A DNA stretch of 64,000 nucleotides from Thermodesulfovibrionales bacterium (GTDB lineage Bacteria; Nitrospirota; Thermodesulfovibrionia; Thermodesulfovibrionales; UBA6898), in NCBI GenBank assembly GCA_044450345.1, contig JBIOIY010000001.1, forward strand, positions 96,001-160,000, given 5' to 3'. The position numbers were made by a program, and so were the translations under genes. The notes below the pieces were generated by a model, which worked only from the letters and a program-made list of their open reading frames with translations, did not search any database and was not told where the DNA came from. Position 1 is the stretch's first letter. Each line of letters starts with the position of its first letter. Of the stretch, positions 60,087-64,000 are shown in pieces.

Positions 60087-61067
60087 ATGCTCAGGGGAAG
60101 GATCATCGCCACAGGCTCATACGTTCCCGATAATGTCATTACAAACCAAGACCTCGAAAAGATAATCGAGACCTCCGACGAATGGATCATGGAGAGGACG
60201 GGGATAAGGGAACGGAGGATCGTCGACAGCCACCAGGCGACTTCAGACCTCGCCTACGAGGCTGCTTCCATCGCCCTTAAGAGGGCACACCTCAAACCAA
60301 AGGACATCGACCTCATTATAGTGGCCACGATAACGCCTGACATGCCGTTTCCTTCGACCGCCTGCATCCTCCAGGACAGGCTCGGCGCAAAAAGCGCTGC
60401 CGCCTTCGACGTAAACGCCGCATGTTCGGGTTTCTTATACGGCCTTCATGTCGCCAATGGCCTTATACGGTCGGGACTTCACCAGCGCATTCTTCTGATC
60501 GGAGCCGAGGTCTTGTCAAAGGTCACGGACTGGCAGGACCGTACTACCTGCATCCTCTTCGGCGACGGCGCAGGGGCCGTTATCATCGAGGCGACCAGGG
60601 AAAAAAGAGGGATACTGTCGACACATATCAGTTCCGACGGAAGCCTCTCTGATCTGATATGTCTCCCCGGCGGCGGGTCAAGAAATCCCTGTTCCAGGGA
60701 CACCATACTCAAGCGGCTCAACTTCATCAAGATGAAAGGCAATGAAACTTTCAAAGTGGCCGTGCGAACGCTGGAAGAACTTGTGGTCAAGACCCTCAGG
60801 GACAACAACCTGGAAGCCTCACAGCTTTCTCTCCTGATACCCCATCAGGCCAATATCAGAATTATCCAGGCCACGGCAAAACGTCTCAATATGCCGATGG
60901 AAAAGGTATTCGTGAACATCGACAAAGTGGGAAATACCTCGGCGGCATCGGTCCCCATCGCCCTTGACGAGGCAGTCCAAACCGGCAGGGTGCAGGACGG
61001 CGATTATGTTCTTCTCGAGGCATTTGGCGGCGGACTCACCTGGGCGTCTTCATTGATCAAGTGGTAG
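60087..61067 (+). CDS. fabH: 3-oxoacyl-ACP synthase III
   Basis: AACSGF, LFGDGAGA, PHQAN, GNTSAAS, FGGG. Confidence 0.97.
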   Translation: MLRGRIIATGSYVPDNVITNQDLEKIIETSDEWIMERTGIRERRIVDSHQATSDLAYEAASIALKRAHLKPKDIDLIIVATITPDMPFPSTACILQDRLGAKSAAAFDVNAACSGFLYGLHVANGLIRSGLHQRILLIGAEVLSKVTDWQDRTTCILFGDGAGAVIIEATREKRGILSTHISSDGSLSDLICLPGGGSRNPCSRDTILKRLNFIKMKGNETFKVAVRTLEELVVKTLRDNNLEASQLSLLIPHQANIRIIQATAKRLNMPMEKVFVNIDKVGNTSAASVPIALDEAVQTGRVQDGDYVLLEAFGGGLTWASSLIKW

Positions 61068-61131
61068 CCGGCCGGGTCTGCATTTCTGCTTCTGCAGGCG
61101 GTAATAATAACTAACGCCGGCAGTCGGTCTC

Positions 61132-61848
61132 TTATTTGCCCCCCTTCCCTCCTGCGTCCGGATTCTTATGCCACAGGTGGAACAGTCTTTCGAGTTTATC
61201 TTTATACACCATGGAGAAGAAGACCATGATTATTGCAACCCCGAGGAGGGTGAAGAACTGCCGGTACTGATGATGATGAATGTAATTGCCGCCCAGGGTC
61301 AGGAGGACAGTCCCTCCCAACCTGCCGACGGTGCTCATTATCAGGAATTCCTTCGTGGTAAGATGTCCGAGGCCGAGGATGTAACACAGGAAATCCTTAG
61401 GCGTGCCGGGGAGCAGGAACAGAAGAAAGACCAGAAAGGCCCCCTTGTGATGAAGGAGGAAGTCATACTTGTCCATCGTCTCCTTCTTTACAAACTTATC
61501 CACAAAAGGCCTGCCGAATATCCTCGAAAGAAGAAAGGCGATCAACGACCCTATCGTGAGGCCGATCGTGGACAACAAAGTCCCGAGTACCGGACCATAT
61601 AAATACCCGCCGATAAACCCCGTCACTTCTCCGGGGATGGGCGCGGCCACAACCTGAAAAACCTGTAGAAAGACAAAACCAGCCCAACCGACCGGGCCCA
61701 ATGATTCTATAAAAGCCAGAATCTTTTCCTTGTCCATGAAGAAACGGAACGCCCCTGCTTCGTAGAGGACGTAAATGACCAGAAGGAAAAAAAAGAGTAA
61801 GATTATTTTGGCCTTTATGTTATTTCTATTATTATTTTCCGGTCCTAT
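61132..61848 (-). CDS. TVP38/DedA-family membrane protein
   Basis: QVVAAPIPGE, LLPGTPKD; frame is open upstream of ATG 61737 to an ATA at 61848, so start uncertain. Confidence 0.85.
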   Translation of the reverse strand: MGPENNNRNNIKAKIILLFFFLLVIYVLYEAGAFRFFMDKEKILAFIESLGPVGWAGFVFLQVFQVVAAPIPGEVTGFIGGYLYGPVLGTLLSTIGLTIGSLIAFLLSRIFGRPFVDKFVKKETMDKYDFLLHHKGAFLVFLLFLLPGTPKDFLCYILGLGHLTTKEFLIMSTVGRLGGTVLLTLGGNYIHHHQYRQFFTLLGVAIIMVFFSMVYKDKLERLFHLWHKNPDAGGKGGK

Positions 61849-61915
61849 GTTTCACCCCTCCAACCCGTCCTTTTTTTGGACGAAGCAAAACCCGGCGACA
61901 AAGAACTCGTCACCT

Positions 61916-62710
61916 TTACTCCTTCGTACCGGCCTTCTGCTCCCATGTTCCAAATCCTTTTTCCATGAAGGGCCTGATCAGATCTATCGGCACAGGGAAT
62001 ATGATCGTCGAATTTTTTTCCGTAGCTATCTCTGTAAGTGTCTGGAGAAATCTGAGCTGTAATGCTCCGGTTTCCGTTGCGATAATCTTTGCAGCATCCG
62101 CAAGTTTTTGAGATGCCTGGAATTCGCCCTCGGCATGGATTATCTTCGCCCTTCTCTCCCTTTCTGCTTCAGCCTGTCGCGCGATGGCCCGCTGCATTTC
62201 CACCGGCAGGTCAACGTTCTTCACCTCGACAGCGGAGACCTTTATGCCCCAGGGCTCTGTCTGGAAATCGATGACCTTCTGGAGTTGCGCATTCAACTCT
62301 TCTCTGTTCGAGAGAAGATCGTCAAGCTGGCTCTGGCCGAGGATGCTCCTCAGGGTGGTCTGGGATATCTGCGATGTGGCGTAGTAGAAATCTTCAACCT
62401 CTGTTATCGCCTTGATAGGATCGACAGGCCTGAAATAGATGACGGCATTTACCTTTACCGTGATGTTGTCTTTTGTGATAATGTCCTGCGGAGGCACGTC
62501 CATCGTCACTGTACGCAGGCTTACCCTCACAAGCTTGTCGATTACAGGCCATATGATTACAAGTCCGGGTCCCCTAACCGGAATAATCCTGCCAAGCCTG
62601 AAGACAACGCCCCTCTCGTATTCCTTGAGGATCTTGATCGCGCTCGTAAGGAAATACACAATCACCACAACGACAAAAATAAATCCGGTAAACTGCGGCG
62701 AAAAAATCAT
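61916..62710 (-). CDS. SPFH/stomatin (slipin) family protein
   Basis: [36 protein letters not shown]. Confidence 0.95.
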   Translation of the reverse strand: MIFSPQFTGFIFVVVVIVYFLTSAIKILKEYERGVVFRLGRIIPVRGPGLVIIWPVIDKLVRVSLRTVTMDVPPQDIITKDNITVKVNAVIYFRPVDPIKAITEVEDFYYATSQISQTTLRSILGQSQLDDLLSNREELNAQLQKVIDFQTEPWGIKVSAVEVKNVDLPVEMQRAIARQAEAERERRAKIIHAEGEFQASQKLADAAKIIATETGALQLRFLQTLTEIATEKNSTIIFPVPIDLIRPFMEKGFGTWEQKAGTKE

Positions 62711-64000
62711 AACTGGACCTCCTTTTTCTTTACCTTGATGGTTAATCCCGATACGGAAACGACCGAAACCGCCTCCCCCTTTTTAATTGTCTCATCCGAA
62801 TAGGCAGACCATATCTCTCCCCGTACTTTCACAGTACCCCCATCAGCCGTTATGTCCGACGACGCCCTCCCCTCCTGACCGACAAGTCCTTCGCTGCCCG
62901 TTACGGGCCTTCTTCTGTATGCCTTATAGGCAAGGCTGAAAGTAGCGGTAAAAAACATCGCCGTAAAAATAACCACCGGAAGGATAAGATAGAGAGAAAG
63001 CTTGAACATAGGTTCGGGAGATTCAAAAAGCATCAGAGAACCAATGACCATCGAGATGATCCCGCCGATAGTCAGGACACCATGGGAGAGGACCTTGATT
63101 TCAAGAACGAACAAGACCAGCCCCAGGATTATAAGCAGAAGCCCGGCGTAGTTGACAGGCAGAGTCTGGAAAGAATAAAAAGCGAGGATGAGACAGATCG
63201 CACCGGCGACCCCCGGGAAGACCGCACCAGGGTTCGTGAGCTCAAAAAAGAGACCGTAAAACCCCAGCAGCATAAGCATGTAGGCCACACTCGGGTCGGA
63301 GATGAAGTTCAGGATCTTGTACCTCACGCCCATCTCTTCGGTCACGACCGCAACGTTCGCCGTCCTGAGCGTCTTTTCTCCCATGACCGTCATCACCCTC
63401 CTGCCGTCAACATCCTTAAGCAGCGAACTCAGGTCCTTGCTGACGATGTCTATGACATGTTCCTTTAATGCCTCTGTTTCGGTAATAGAGACGCTCTTGC
63501 GCACCGCGTCTTCAGCCCACTGCGCATTTCGACCGGACCTCTCCGCCAGCGACCGGATATACGCAGCCGCGTCGTTGGTAACCTTTTCCGACATCGTCTT
63601 GTCCATCTTTTCTCCCACTGATACCGGATGGGCCGCACCGATATTGGTCCCCGGCGCCATAGCGGCAACATGGGCTGCGAACGTAATGAACACCCCTGCG
63701 GACGCATCCCTCGCCCCGCTCGGATATACATACACAATGACCGGTACGGAACTACTTATTATGTCCTTCACTATACTTCTCATAGATGTATCGAGACCCC
63801 CCGGGGTATCGAGTTCGATGACGAGGGCTTCTGCATTCATTGCCAAGGCCTCCCGTATACCCTTCCCTATGAACTCCGAGGAGACTGGACTGATCGGACC
63901 GCTCACCTTGATCGCAAGGACCTTTCCCTGCGGCCCGCCTGAAAAAACAGGCGAGAGGAGGACAAGCAGCCAGATACACAGAAAAAAAAGAAGTGAGATT
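62707..64000 (-). CDS. nfeD: NfeD/STOPP membrane-bound serine protease, 5' end beyond window
   Basis: LDTPGG, ASAG, IGAAHPV, C-terminal VRGEIWSA domain; frame open to window edge. Confidence 0.93.
   Translation of the reverse strand, partial: ISLLFFLCIWLLVLLSPVFSGGPQGKVLAIKVSGPISPVSSEFIGKGIREALAMNAEALVIELDTPGGLDTSMRSIVKDIISSSVPVIVYVYPSGARDASAGVFITFAAHVAAMAPGTNIGAAHPVSVGEKMDKTMSEKVTNDAAAYIRSLAERSGRNAQWAEDAVRKSVSITETEALKEHVIDIVSKDLSSLLKDVDGRRVMTVMGEKTLRTANVAVVTEEMGVRYKILNFISDPSVAYMLMLLGFYGLFFELTNPGAVFPGVAGAICLILAFYSFQTLPVNYAGLLLIILGLVLFVLEIKVLSHGVLTIGGIISMVIGSLMLFESPEPMFKLSLYLILPVVIFTAMFFTATFSLAYKAYRRRPVTGSEGLVGQEGRASSDITADGGTVKVRGEIWSAYSDETIKKGEAVSVVSVSGLTIKVKKKEVQL

Overview
Bacterial chromosome segment made mostly of core housekeeping genes: glyQS, rplM-rpsI, argC-argJ, mgtA, apgM, hisS-divIVA-yggT-proC-yggS, smpB-ssrA, zwf, aspS, murI-rph, ftsH-folP, eno-ftsB, gcvH-lpdA, mutS, yceD-rpmF-plsX-fabH and nfeD-SPFH. 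Protein style, the tmRNA tag (ANNELALAA) and an AcsF/CooC ATPase suggest an anaerobic Nitrospirota (Thermodesulfovibrionia-like) organism; this is an inference. No rRNA, tRNA, CRISPR array, prophage or intact transposase was seen. The most notable signals are missing from the ORF track: (1) a probable small zinc-ribbon selenoprotein with an in-frame UGA and a SECIS-like hairpin (37258-37449); (2) two covarying, inverted copies of a ~200-bp structured noncoding element between argJ and the cooC-like gene; (3) a 59-aa ThiS/ubiquitin-like ORF behind a 5'-nucleotidase; (4) an internally deleted, REP-interrupted MmeI-type restriction-modification remnant flanked by direct repeats; (5) a start-less PAS-like frame continuing hisS past its stop; and (6) several families of small palindromic repeats that are nested inside one another. 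All product calls come from motif recognition by eye, not from database searches.
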